This document shows positions 20,804-29,709 of a DNA stretch of 43,605 nucleotides, piece after piece. Source of the DNA: a virus (Duplodnaviria; Heunggongvirae; Uroviricota; Caudoviricetes); IMG/VR virus record IMGVR_UViG_2579778674_000006, positions 1-43,605 of that record; one strand, 5' to 3'. The notes beneath the pieces were generated by a model, which did not search any database, had not been told where the DNA came from, and worked only from the letters and a program-made list of their open reading frames with translations. The position numbers and the translations under genes were made by a program. Numbering within the stretch: position 1 is the first letter of the stretch; every line of letters begins with the position of its first letter.

Positions 20804-21154
20804 TTAAGGTTGTGATTCCGGAGGAGTCTTCAGAGAACCAGTAATTCTTCCTGGTAGCTTTCCTTTGTAGGTTATCCACACATTCTGCGCCTCTAAAATT
20901 ACGGGGCGCTTTTCCGGCGACTGCTCATCCCCTTCACATAACCCGGCAGCAACATCCAGGAAGACCTGTCTGATGCTCCTTCTGGCTGCTGCCTCATAAA
21001 ACCCCAGCGCGGCACCTTCAACACGGTCCAGCGAGATGTCCAGGTCAAAAATTTCACCGTCAAAGCGTTTTTTGTCCCGTAACGCTAAAGTTACCGTAAC
21101 TTTATTCTCAAAATTGCGGATCCCTTTCACAATCAGTTCATAGTTTTGAGTCAT
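20804..21154 (-). CDS. DUF1327-like protein between holin and endolysin (YdfR-like)
   Basis: 116-aa ORF, MTQNYELIVKGIRNFENKVTVTLAL...; same position as ydfR in prophage Qin by recollection. Confidence 0.55.
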   Translation of the reverse strand: MTQNYELIVKGIRNFENKVTVTLALRDKKRFDGEIFDLDISLDRVEGAALGFYEAAARRSIRQVFLDVAAGLCEGDEQSPEKRPVILEAQNVWITYKGKLPGRITGSLKTPPESQP

Positions 21155-21158
21155 TGAA

Positions 21159-21374
21159 TTACTCTCCCCGTGCAGCCTTACGCTTGTCTTCTCTGATTTT
21201 GAAGTACAGATTTGTCAGATAAGTCAGGAAGCCCAGAACCAGACTCCCCAGTACACCAATCGCAGCCCACTGTGACGGACTGACCTGATCAAGCCACTGT
21301 AAAAACCAGTAGCCAGCACTGCCTGCGGAGGTGCCATAGGCAATGCCCGTTGAAATTTTGTCCATGGATTTCAT
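21159..21374 (-). CDS. S: Class II holin / pinholin (phage 21 S-like)
   Basis: 71-aa ORF with dual-start motif MKSMDK and two TM segments; matches phage 21 S as I recall it. Confidence 0.85.
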   Translation of the reverse strand: MKSMDKISTGIAYGTSAGSAGYWFLQWLDQVSPSQWAAIGVLGSLVLGFLTYLTNLYFKIREDKRKAARGE

Positions 21375-21433
21375 AGCCTCACCTCCGCAAATAACGGATG
21401 GCGTAGTTTTACACTGAGAAATGAAAGGGATTT

Positions 21434-21460
21434 GAAAAGAAAAGCCCGCAAAAGCGGGCG
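21434..21460 (-). terminator. Intrinsic terminator upstream of holin (tR'-like)
   Basis: Minus strand reads GCCCGC-TTTT-GCGGGC followed by TTTTCTTTT, about 70 bp upstream of the holin start. Confidence 0.6.
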
Positions 21461-21665
21461 AAACAATATATACAGTAAGGAAAGCACTCTATCCAACAAA
21501 CCACCCACAGTTAATCGGAATAAAAGCAGAGTGCTTATGAATGATCGCCTGCCCGAAGGTTAGTATTTCTGCACAGCAATTTTGCAAAAAAAAGCGATCA
21601 TTCATAACTTAAACGTCTTTCAGTCACTCCGGGATTTCCCATCATCGCAGACTGAAAGACTCTAA

Positions 21666-21740
<75 letters not shown>

Positions 21741-21743
21741 CAT

Positions 21744-21820
<77 letters not shown>

Positions 21821-21821
21821 A

Positions 21822-21898
21822 CTGGACCGCCACCGGGGACTCGAACCTCGCACACTCAACTTAAAGGGTTGACGCTCTTTCCTGATGAACTGGTGACG
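21822..21898 (-). tRNA. tRNA-like gene, anticodon UUU if the loop is read canonically (Lys?), with unusual C33
   Basis: 77-nt cloverleaf, acceptor CCGTCAC/GTGGCGG with one G-U pair, anticodon loop CCUUUAA, T-loop TTCGAGT, CCA end; one T-stem mismatch. Confidence 0.5.
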
Positions 21899-21899
21899 G

Positions 21900-21975
21900 T
21901 TGGTGGCCCTTGCTGGATTTGAACCAGCGACCTGGCGATTATGAGTCGCTCGCTCTCACCACTGAGCTAAAGGGC
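21900..21975 (-). tRNA. tRNA with CAU anticodon (Met or lysidine Ile2, ileX-like)
   Basis: 76-nt cloverleaf, perfect acceptor GGCCCTT/AAGGGCC, anticodon loop CUCAUAA, T-loop TTCAAAT, CCA end. Confidence 0.8.
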
Positions 21976-22093
21976 CGGGCGCAGGATAATAACGTTACGA
22001 AATCAATGTTGCAAGCATTCAAAAATCACCTGGTTAAAAATCACCCTTAGCTCCTCCACCAGCGCATTCACCATGTCTATCCGAGATAAGTGG

Positions 22094-22133
22094 CACAAAA
22101 AAACCCGCTTGTGGGCGGGTTTTGTTTGCTTTT
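22094..22133. terminator. Hairpin with flanking A-run and T-run just downstream of the Q-like gene
   Basis: AAAAAAA-CCCGC-TTGTGG-GCGGG-TTTTGTTTGCTTTT; terminator-like in both orientations. Confidence 0.5.
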
Positions 22134-22186
22134 GCCATCACGTACAAAATCGGCAAAATATCAGATTTGCATGAAATATATGCCTT

Positions 22187-22882
22187 TCAATCTACTTTTG
22201 CAACACTTTGCTTTGAAAATGCCGCCTTTTGTTTTGAACGTGTTCTCATTACAAACAATAAAGCCTCACTATCCAGTCGTTGAAAAATGTGTTTCATTGC
22301 AACCCAGTGACGAGTAAATGTTTTGGACCAGTTTTTAGTTGTCACTCCCGCCAGTAATGCCAGCTCCTGGTATTCATAACCTTCCCCACCAAAAAGTTCT
22401 GCTTTTACTGCCTGCGCCGCCAGCCAGATTAATTTTTTCAGGCGTTCCTGCGTTTTCCCTGCAATTTTTCTGGTACCGGATTGAGTATTAAATTCATTCC
22501 ACGCCCACTGTGTTATCGCGATCTGATATTCCCAACAAATACTCTCGCCGTAACACCACAACAACCAGGCTTTATGATGCTCTTCAAGAGACAGCAAAGC
22601 CCGCCGCCATGATGATGTCGAAAACTCAACCGGGCTGACCAGGGCAATTGATGAGCCATTCGCCAGTGATTGTTTTCCCGGGATTGGTGGATTATCCCGC
22701 GTTATCATTTTTCCAGTCACTTCATCGCGGTACCGGATTTTTTTTCGCCTGTAACGCCCTGTATCGAACATGGCATTCTCCTGCCAGGCTTCAAGCTGAC
22801 CTTTTGTTGCCCCACTCAAATCAGCGGTGGCGATAATGAGCTGCTCACGCACAAACTGTAAATACTGGTTATTCATGCGCAC
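22187..22882 (-). CDS. Putative late-gene antiterminator (Q position)
   Basis: 231-aa ORF between rusA and the tRNA/lysis region; assignment by position only, no lambda-Q Cys cluster seen. Confidence 0.45.
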   Translation of the reverse strand: MRMNNQYLQFVREQLIIATADLSGATKGQLEAWQENAMFDTGRYRRKKIRYRDEVTGKMITRDNPPIPGKQSLANGSSIALVSPVEFSTSSWRRALLSLEEHHKAWLLWCYGESICWEYQIAITQWAWNEFNTQSGTRKIAGKTQERLKKLIWLAAQAVKAELFGGEGYEYQELALLAGVTTKNWSKTFTRHWVAMKHIFQRLDSEALLFVMRTRSKQKAAFSKQSVAKVD

Positions 22883-23232
22883 TCCAGTTCTGTGATTTTT
22901 ATCCCCAGCCGACCACCAGGAACAGGCAGTCCGCGCACAATATTGATTTCATCAAACTGCTCGTCGTCTATGAGAAGTCCGGCATGCGTCAGCGCATCCA
23001 GTGGTGCCTTCAGGATATTGTCCAGGTCGCGGCGGCGCTTATCCGGTGGCTCTGCAATAATTTTTATTGCCAGCCTTCCGGACAGGTTTAATTTCAACCG
23101 CTGCTGGCGAACAATTAGTGCCACATCACGGCGATAACGCTCACCGACTTTTGATACAAAATATGTGTTGCCACGACGTCGCCAGTAAGTATTCACCGTC
23201 GGCGGATAAGGCAAAACAAACTCTATACGCAT
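22873..23232 (-). CDS. rusA: Holliday junction resolvase RusA
   Basis: 119-aa ORF, MRIEFVLPYPPTVNTYWRRRGN... with acidic residues in a DLDN motif. Confidence 0.85.
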   Translation of the reverse strand: MRIEFVLPYPPTVNTYWRRRGNTYFVSKVGERYRRDVALIVRQQRLKLNLSGRLAIKIIAEPPDKRRRDLDNILKAPLDALTHAGLLIDDEQFDEINIVRGLPVPGGRLGIKITELECA

Positions 23233-23244
23233 CAGTAACCTCTT

Positions 23245-24363
23245 TTACCCGAGCACGCCGGTTGCAAAGGCGTGATCAAGAAAACGAAAAATTAAATCAA
23301 CCTGGGAACCATGCTTTTCTTCGAACGCCAGCGGATCCGCATGAAGTTCGTTGTGATGTTCCCGGCACAACGGTAGCGTGAAAATATCGTGGGCCTTTGT
23401 TCCCATCCCTCCCTGACCGTGACCAATCAGGTGATGGGGATCGTCGGCTGGCTGACCACAACACGCACACGGCTGTGTCTTCACCCAGCGCGTATATTTC
23501 TCATTTACCCAACGGCGACGTTTAGGTCGCCTCATGAAAGATTCCGGAGACTCCGGATCAACAGCAATGCTGACCACCGTCTTTTCCTGTGGCGGGTTTT
23601 GCTGGTGGGCGTGAGGCAGCGGCGCAAGATTTTTTGTGCGCTGCTTCAGTATGCTGGTGGCGGTCTGCTCTCCCGGTACGATGTCGCTTTCACGGTACAT
23701 TGAACGGATTTTTTCCGCACGCAACCCCAGCGAACGACGTAATACCGCTTCCGGTAGCGCGTCCGCCACCTGATTGCGGACCGCCCACCAGGATAATTCA
23801 GCCAGAGATAATTCACGCTCCTGCGTACCGCTTATTGCGTGACCGATGACGTCAATCATCCATGCTGACAGGTTTTGATGAGCAAGTTGCCCGAGTGATT
23901 CGGATGTCTGGTCACGCAGCTGGTTGTCGCAGTGCCAGCACAACACCATTGCGCCGGTACCATAACGGTGAATGACGGTTTCGCTGTGATGATAATCGCC
24001 GTGTGGCCACTGGCAGGATTTAATATGGCGCAACAGCCAGTCAGACAATGCACCAGCACCACCAGCAGCACGAATCACCCGCTCATCGCTGAAAAATGGC
24101 AGTAATGATTTATCCTCCGCCAGCGGCTGGCGAACGGCAGGGACGACTCCGGACGGCAGACCGCGCATGCTTTTCGGTTCAGGCTCCACCAGCACTCGAG
24201 GGTTATGAAATACTTGCATGGATTCACGGCCCGGCCTAAGGACCACCAGCCCAAGTTCCGGTACCAGAACAGGTCGAAGTAATATCCGCACGTTACCTCC
24301 AGATCCGTTGCTGGTATGTGCGGGATGGGCGCGGTGGGCGTTCGGAATAAGGGAGCCTGACAT
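23245..24363 (-). CDS. DUF968 / YdfU-like phage protein with C-terminal Cys/His cluster
   Basis: ORF 372 aa; true start may be the internal MQVFHNPRVLVEPEP (at 24219); C-terminus CACCG...HHLIGHG...CREHHNELH. Confidence 0.7.
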   Translation of the reverse strand: MSGSLIPNAHRAHPAHTSNGSGGNVRILLRPVLVPELGLVVLRPGRESMQVFHNPRVLVEPEPKSMRGLPSGVVPAVRQPLAEDKSLLPFFSDERVIRAAGGAGALSDWLLRHIKSCQWPHGDYHHSETVIHRYGTGAMVLCWHCDNQLRDQTSESLGQLAHQNLSAWMIDVIGHAISGTQERELSLAELSWWAVRNQVADALPEAVLRRSLGLRAEKIRSMYRESDIVPGEQTATSILKQRTKNLAPLPHAHQQNPPQEKTVVSIAVDPESPESFMRRPKRRRWVNEKYTRWVKTQPCACCGQPADDPHHLIGHGQGGMGTKAHDIFTLPLCREHHNELHADPLAFEEKHGSQVDLIFRFLDHAFATGVLG

Positions 24364-24652
24364 AGATTATCCAGTGACGATAATCGAGGCTGAGGGCTTT
24401 CTTAACCTCGTATCCGCGCCTGCGGTAACACTGAATTATCCATTCCGCCTGCTCTTCAGTGCATGGAGGATGCTGGAACCAGTCTGATTTGAATACGTGA
24501 AAACGCCGTCCGCGCCTGCTGGCAAAGACGGCAGAATCATTAGAATTGTGTAATTTGGTATCGTGCGCCATCGGTTGTCTCTGCTGGCGCAGCAGGTGCC
24601 AGTTGTTCAGGCTGGCGTGCGTATTGTAAACCAGAATGCCAGAAAAAAACAA
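24293..24652 (-). CDS. Hypothetical protein (start and extent uncertain)
   Basis: 119-aa ORF; its 3' part overlaps the upstream extension of the YdfU-like ORF in another frame. Confidence 0.35.
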   Translation of the reverse strand: MFFSGILVYNTHASLNNWHLLRQQRQPMAHDTKLHNSNDSAVFASRRGRRFHVFKSDWFQHPPCTEEQAEWIIQCYRRRGYEVKKALSLDYRHWIIYVRLPYSERPPRPSRTYQQRIWR

Positions 24653-24798
24653 AACCCGCCGAAGCAGGTATGCTAAAACAAACTGAAGGTAATATGCCGG
24701 ACTTGTAAAGGAACGATAGAATAATTATCGGATTAAATCCTGACTCAATCCATAGGGTTTACAGCGTTTTCACTAATAATTTACCGTCCCGCTATACA

Positions 24799-25191
24799 TT
24801 ACTGCCCAGTTTTAACGAAGTTTTTAAAGGAAACAACTGCCTGATAGGGGTTTGGTTGACAGCCAAACATATTATCGCAAAAAGGCTTGATGAAAATTCT
24901 TGAGGATCCATCTTCATTTGGCATTTTACTCACTTGATAAGCGAGGAATGGACTATTTGGAGAGGGATTATAAGTGGAAATTAGCGTGTCTGTCGCCGTT
25001 TGAATTTTCCATGAGGAATTATTAGCCAACCAGAATTGCGCTCGTTTCCAATAAAAGTCACATTGCTTTTCATCATTACATGTTAGTGGCTTCATTGCTT
25101 CTGCTTTCAACGCTGGATCGACCTTTGCTGCACACCCTCCCAACATTACTGTTGCAATCATTACACCTGCGACTAAAACAAGTTTCTTCAT
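24799..25191 (-). CDS. Prophage lipoprotein of unknown function
   Basis: 130-aa ORF, signal peptide with lipobox MLGGC, four further Cys; AT-rich codon usage. Confidence 0.7.
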   Translation of the reverse strand: MKKLVLVAGVMIATVMLGGCAAKVDPALKAEAMKPLTCNDEKQCDFYWKRAQFWLANNSSWKIQTATDTLISTYNPSPNSPFLAYQVSKMPNEDGSSRIFIKPFCDNMFGCQPNPYQAVVSFKNFVKTGQ

Positions 25192-25334
25192 CTCCCTGCC
25201 CCATCAATAAAAGTTCGGTTCTCTAATAACTAGAGTTAATCAACGGAAAAAACGCCGAAGCGGGTTAAGTGCGGGTGCGTTGAGGATGCCTGACACATCA
25301 GAGGTGGCGAGGGATTTCTCCCCCGCCTGGTCTC

Positions 25335-25490
25335 TTACTCCTCAGGTTCGTAAGCTGTGAAGACAGTGACCTCCGTCTGGCCGGTTCGGATTCGTACCTC
25401 GCAGAGGTCTTTCCTCGTTACCAGTGCCGTCACAATGACGGTTAAACAGATGACGATCAGGGCGATTAACATCGCCTTTTGCTGCTTCAT
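25335..25490 (-). CDS. hok: Hok/Gef-family type I toxin; the in-frame upstream ORF to 25547 is a possible mok-like leader frame
   Basis: 51-aa product MKQQKAMLIALIVICLTVIVTALVTRKDLCEVRIRTGQTEVTVFTAYEPEE, near-identical to HokD/RelF as I recall it. Confidence 0.85.
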   Translation of the reverse strand: MKQQKAMLIALIVICLTVIVTALVTRKDLCEVRIRTGQTEVTVFTAYEPEE

Positions 25491-25743
25491 AGCCTGCTTC
25501 TCCTTGCCTTTCGGCACGTAAGAGGCTAACCTAGATTTGCCGTTCATAGATTGAGCCTCAGATTAATGTTAAGCGTCTTGCAGGACGCGTAATGTTAACT
25601 GGGGCTTTTCTCTATCTGCCTTTGGTGTTCATGCCTGAGGCAGATAGCCTCAAGCACCCGCAGCAATTCTACTTAAGTTAGATAAGCTTTTCTATGGTAT
25701 TCTCTCAGCGTCCCGTAAATACAGTCTCGGCTCATCATTTTTA

Positions 25744-26007
25744 TCACAGGTGCGAGGAAAATATATAGCGCCCTCCATCAAGCATAACGAAATACATTTT
25801 CCATTCATCGCCATTCCTCAATTTAATACGAAGACTTTCCCCGCAAGTGTATTTATTAAACAACTGTTCCGATGTGCTAGTAAGAGGTATTTTTACCGTT
25901 ATTACAACTACTGCCCCACCATTTAACTCTCGAAGTTCAGCATCCGCATCCACAAAAGATGAATAAATGTTATGATCTGGGTAATCAACAATTAACTGCA
26001 TATTCAC
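25744..26007 (-). CDS. Hypothetical small protein upstream of hok
   Basis: 87-aa ORF, AT-rich, no recognisable family. Confidence 0.45.
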   Translation of the reverse strand: MNMQLIVDYPDHNIYSSFVDADAELRELNGGAVVVITVKIPLTSTSEQLFNKYTCGESLRIKLRNGDEWKMYFVMLDGGRYIFSSHL

Positions 26008-26140
26008 TCCTTAAATATAGCAACTAAAACAAACAACGATTTAACAGTAGGAATTGTTTTTATAACATATGAACGGTGCAAGATCTATCCAGATGAAGCC
26101 TCCCCTCACACCCCCCGTCTCATTACATGCATTTACTATC

Positions 26141-26656
26141 TCACCGTAAAACATCCTCCACGCTTATCAGTCCGTTTCGCTTCAGGTAGTCCATCGCCTT
26201 CTCCGGTAATTTGCAGTCCGGCTTGGCTTTTTTCAGTTGGCTGACCAGTCGTTTAACCCACATTGTTAATTCGCTAACCTGATTGCCGGAAGCTGGTGGG
26301 TTGTCGGCTTTACCCAGAATGACAGCACTGCAGGCCTCTTTGAGTACCCAATCAACAGCATCTTTCCATGCTCCTGTTTCGACTGGTGGATTCTCACGCT
26401 TTACCTGTTCATAAAAGCGCACGGCTTTAACCAGTCCTTCTGATGTCAGTGGCACAGGCGGGGCAGTGAATAACGCCTGAATTTCATAGCTCGGCCTGTC
26501 GTTGCAATCCTCTTTTGTCGGTACATATTTCCAGTCACCAACCCACGGCTCCCCCTGTGAGTCCGTAATGCCTTTTTTCACGTAGCGATATCGCCATGCA
26601 ACTGGTTTTGCCTGCCCTGCCGTTTCATGTCCTTCCTGATAATTAATCTCGCTCAT
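26141..26656 (-). CDS. Hypothetical phage protein (nin-region)
   Basis: 171-aa ORF with 4-bp overlap to the next gene. Confidence 0.55.
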   Translation of the reverse strand: MSEINYQEGHETAGQAKPVAWRYRYVKKGITDSQGEPWVGDWKYVPTKEDCNDRPSYEIQALFTAPPVPLTSEGLVKAVRFYEQVKRENPPVETGAWKDAVDWVLKEACSAVILGKADNPPASGNQVSELTMWVKRLVSQLKKAKPDCKLPEKAMDYLKRNGLISVEDVLR

Positions 26657-26847
26657 TCATCGCCCCACTCATCACAATATGCTTTGACCGGAGTTTTTCC
26701 TGCTTCGTAGTCATAACGCCATGCTTCAGCATCAGCGGCACTTCCACCGCGTAACTCTGCATAGTCCATTAACAGTTCATGCCATTCTTCAAAACTGACG
26801 TTGTATTTAGTTGAACCAAAATCAGCCATTTTGTTCTTCCTCCTCAT
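26653..26847 (-). CDS. Small hypothetical phage protein
   Basis: 64-aa ORF in a translationally coupled series. Confidence 0.45.
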   Translation of the reverse strand: MRRKNKMADFGSTKYNVSFEEWHELLMDYAELRGGSAADAEAWRYDYEAGKTPVKAYCDEWGDE

Positions 26848-27004
26848 CTTTTATTTCGTGATATGAGTAATTGCAGTAGTTAAAGAAAATTTCTTTTGCT
26901 TCGTCCTGTATTTCATCTGGTGTCGCACCATCATCCACTTCGAATACATCCTCAAAATCTCCACCAGCTATTCCCGTTTCAATAATTATTCTGAACTTTC
27001 GCAT
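26822..27004 (-). CDS. Small acidic hypothetical phage protein
   Basis: 60-aa ORF, acidic C-terminus. Confidence 0.4.
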   Translation of the reverse strand: MRKFRIIIETGIAGGDFEDVFEVDDGATPDEIQDEAKEIFFNYCNYSYHEIKDEEEEQNG

Positions 27005-27099
27005 TTCATTACCGCCCTTTCGGGCGGCCTCCTGATGTTCTGAGGGTGCAGAAATCCCTCCGGTTAAGGATTAAATTTTATTTACAACACTAAATTTAA

Positions 27100-27300
27100 T
27101 TATTCAGGCGCGCGAATCTGTTCCGCACAATGCAACAATGCTTCTGTCACTTCCTTAAGCGTTACGGTATCGGCATCATCCAGTCCTGCAACTTTTGCGT
27201 GCCTGGCAAACGCCGCGCAAAGGTCGTTAAACGCCACCGCCCGTACATCAGCTAGGAAAGCGTTAGCAGCAGCCAATTCCTGGTAGTCAATCCTGCTCAC
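27100..27300 (-). CDS. Small hypothetical phage protein
   Basis: 66-aa ORF, 4-bp overlap with the upstream gene. Confidence 0.45.
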   Translation of the reverse strand: MSRIDYQELAAANAFLADVRAVAFNDLCAAFARHAKVAGLDDADTVTLKEVTEALLHCAEQIRAPE

Positions 27301-27719
27301 TGCGCCGCCTCCTGAAAATTCCCCTGATAGAAAGCCAGTACACGCTGCATAACTTCACTATTCCGGCACTCGCGACAGATTATGTTCAGACGCCTGTCAT
27401 AGCGGCGTATTTCTCCATCAGGTAATGACCAGATAAGGTCCGGATCAACCGCAGATGGTTTCTTCAGCTTTGCCCTTGAGAGCTTTTTACGGGCATTTTG
27501 CCAGTCCTTACGCGCCTGTTCAGACGGGAATAACCCGTAACCAGAGTTGTATACATCGCCACTGGCAACCAGCTCTCTGGCCAGAACGTTCATCAGATAT
27601 CTTGTTGCCCCAGTTTTAGTTTCCAGTTGTCTTAACGTCTCGCGCCCACTCTGGCGTACGAGTTCAACAACCTGCCCTTTAATTTTTTCCCGCTCTTCTT
27701 GTGTAAAAACTTTTGCCAC
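27297..27719 (-). CDS. Hypothetical protein downstream of the replication initiator
   Basis: 140-aa ORF with a CRECRN Cys pair; occupies the helicase-loader position but is too small for DnaC/P. Confidence 0.5.
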   Translation of the reverse strand: MAKVFTQEEREKIKGQVVELVRQSGRETLRQLETKTGATRYLMNVLARELVASGDVYNSGYGLFPSEQARKDWQNARKKLSRAKLKKPSAVDPDLIWSLPDGEIRRYDRRLNIICRECRNSEVMQRVLAFYQGNFQEAAQ

Positions 27720-27759
27720 AAGCCCTCCTGAAAATTACCTCATGACCAGAAATTAACAC

Positions 27760-28848
27760 TTACCCCCTGAAGCCCGGCGGAATTTCGTTATCCGGTTCAG
27801 AAATATGATTCACACAACGCTGGTTGTTCGTGCCGCTTACCGGGAGCAACCAGGGGTTCTCAAAATTCCGGTCCGGTCCAAAAAACGTCGTCGCTCGCTG
27901 AACAAATTCCGTTCCCGTTTTCCCGGTAGCCGCCAAGTATCTTGCGTAACGCCTCACGCCATCCAGCATGGCCTCTGGTGGCACCCCCTCGCGTAATCTG
28001 GCCTTCCAGGCACTGAAAGCGGATTTCTTCGGGTTTGCCCCAGCACGCAACGGGTACTCCCGCCAGACCTGTTCGAACACATCCGGATAATCCACTCGTC
28101 CCACAGACTGCCCGGTGTTTTCCGGGACTACCCGATCGGCTTCCCGCTGAATGGCGGAATCGGCTTCGGGCTGCTGCAGTTGGTGTGATTGCTCCGGCCT
28201 TGCGGTCATCACCTGCTGCACAGCGCCCGAATCGGCTTTCAGCGCATACGCTGAATCGGCTTCCGGTGTCGTGCCTGCTGGCTGACCAAGATTGACGGTC
28301 TGAACATCCCCTGCCTGGTTCGTGGCGTTTTTTACGCCATGGACCATAGTGTTTTGATCTTCTTGATCTGTATCTTTATCTGTATCTTTATCTGTATCTT
28401 TATCTGTCGTGACTCGTCGTGACATGTGCGTGACATTTCGTGACGCGCCGTGACAATCGCCATTTTGTTCCCGCTTTCTTTCCCTCTCTCGCTGCGCCCT
28501 CTTGCGCTCTGCAGGAGATTTTGCGGTTTGCGAAATATTGCCGTTGTCCTCTTTAAGCACCTGGCGTTTTTCCCATCCAGTGATTAAATCACCATCAAGT
28601 ACCCGCCCCTGCATCGTCTGCAAAATTGAATCAATTACCTCTTCTGTCACGTCGAGCGCACTTGCCAAATCTTCTGTCGTGACATCAATGTGACCTCGCG
28701 TGACATTTCGTGACGCGCTCACCAGGAGGTGGATATACACTGCCATCACTGTTGCAATTGGCTGCCCTGACACCCTGGCAATTGTTCGCCACTTAGGGTC
28801 ATTTGGCATGTCATGCCATAATCTGAGCCAGGCGTTAGCCATACTCAC
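27760..28848 (-). CDS. Putative replication initiation protein with internal iterons
   Basis: 362-aa ORF; central DKDTDKDTDKDTD repeat; two clusters of CGTGAC iterons inside the gene. Confidence 0.65.
   Translation of the reverse strand: MSMANAWLRLWHDMPNDPKWRTIARVSGQPIATVMAVYIHLLVSASRNVTRGHIDVTTEDLASALDVTEEVIDSILQTMQGRVLDGDLITGWEKRQVLKEDNGNISQTAKSPAERKRAQRERERKREQNGDCHGASRNVTHMSRRVTTDKDTDKDTDKDTDQEDQNTMVHGVKNATNQAGDVQTVNLGQPAGTTPEADSAYALKADSGAVQQVMTARPEQSHQLQQPEADSAIQREADRVVPENTGQSVGRVDYPDVFEQVWREYPLRAGANPKKSAFSAWKARLREGVPPEAMLDGVRRYARYLAATGKTGTEFVQRATTFFGPDRNFENPWLLPVSGTNNQRCVNHISEPDNEIPPGFRG
28408..28454. repeat. Iteron cluster 1: five CGTGAC repeats at 10-11 bp spacing, preceded by 12-bp tandem repeats (28367-28407)
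   Basis: CGTGAC at 28408, 28418, 28429, 28439, 28449. Confidence 0.75.
28646..28714. repeat. Iteron cluster 2: CGTGAC-type repeats with one inverted copy
   Basis: GTCACG at 28646; CGTGAC or TGTGAC at 28678, 28689, 28699, 28709; shares a ~21-bp exact stretch (cgtgacatttcgtgacgcgc) with cluster 1. Confidence 0.7.
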
Positions 28849-28913
28849 CTCTTCTGATACCGAATCTTTTTACTCACGAGTTGCCGGAAGCGATTCGATA
28901 TGGCTATTGTCAG

Positions 28914-29339
28914 TCAATGTACTGCCACAGCATTTCCTGCCGGGCCACCACGGTTCATCTGATTGAAACCGGCGATTGCCACTGCGACAAAATCATCAGC
29001 GTCTCTCACCAGTCGCTCCCGCGTCTCCACCAGTTCCCGAAAATAAGCTGAACTGTGGCTGCGCATTCTGGCCACCAGCAAAGGTGGCATTGCCTTTTCG
29101 ATCGCTGGTAACAACGCCTGAATTTTTTCAACTGCATCAGGGGTGTCTTTCTCTACCCAGCGGAAAATTTTCTGGGTATTGCGAGCCAGGGCTTCCGGAT
29201 GGCTGTCGTCATACAGTTCTGGGAACGTCATACCCAGTTCAAAATAAGCCCTGGTTATTTCAGCTGCCGGAACTTTTTCACCGTCCGGATGCGCCCAGGC
29301 ATTCATCGCCATGCGGATGTGTTCATGCTTGATTTTCAT
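28914..29339 (-). CDS. YdaT-like protein (CII position)
   Basis: 141-aa ORF starting MKIKHEHI, which matches the start of Rac YdaT as I recall it; second gene of the rightward early operon. Confidence 0.55.
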   Translation of the reverse strand: MKIKHEHIRMAMNAWAHPDGEKVPAAEITRAYFELGMTFPELYDDSHPEALARNTQKIFRWVEKDTPDAVEKIQALLPAIEKAMPPLLVARMRSHSSAYFRELVETRERLVRDADDFVAVAIAGFNQMNRGGPAGNAVAVH

Positions 29340-29604
29340 GAATCAAGCTCCTAGAAAGTGGTTGTGTTAACGTTTTGGTATCTTCCAGCTCGGGCCAAAT
29401 ATTCATCCAATCAAAAGGCCTTAGTTGCTGACGTGTAACTTCACCATTACTGGCTCGCTCAATAAGGACACATAACGATGCCCCTAACACTTGACCTTTA
29501 CTCAATGCCTTTCTTAGATAACCGATGCTGGTACCACACTCGCATGCAAACATACGCTGTTCATCTGACGAAAGAGAATTGAGAAATATTCTTAATTCTT
29601 CCAT
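29323..29604 (-). CDS. Cro-like HTH regulator (YdaS-like)
   Basis: 93-aa ORF divergent from the repressor; HTH-like segment QRMFACECGTSIGYLRKALSKGQ. Confidence 0.6.
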   Translation of the reverse strand: MEELRIFLNSLSSDEQRMFACECGTSIGYLRKALSKGQVLGASLCVLIERASNGEVTRQQLRPFDWMNIWPELEDTKTLTQPLSRSLIHENQA

Positions 29605-29632
29605 AGCTACTCCTTAGTAAACACAGTAAAGA

Positions 29633-29709
29633 ATACCCGCAGGTAAACAAAAGTCAATACCCACAGGTTGTTTACCTTGCGGTGATCGCATCTATTATTT
29701 ACCTATGGA
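29633..29709. promoter_or_regulatory. Candidate operator region between repressor and cro-like gene
   Basis: tacccgcaggta (29633-29644), tacccacaggtt (29657-29668) and tacctatggac (29698-29709, overlapping the repressor ATG); also inverted ggtaaacaa / ttgtttacc. Confidence 0.5.

Noticed and set aside
22090-22317. 75-aa plus-strand ORF near the Q-like gene end
   Set aside because: Overlaps the Q-like gene 3' end and the terminator hairpin on the opposite strand; hydrophobic low-complexity translation, no RBS.
25744-26007. 87-aa protein as a RelE-like toxin partner of hok (by analogy with the Qin hokD-relE-relB arrangement)
   Set aside because: Sequence shows none of the RelE C-terminal basic/aromatic motifs I recall and there is no RelB-like antitoxin gene adjacent; kept as an unknown protein only.
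28367-28454. Possible CRISPR-like array (short tandem repeats)
   Set aside because: Repeat unit is only 10-12 bp with no spacers of distinct sequence, and it lies inside a protein-coding gene; it is an iteron/codon repeat.
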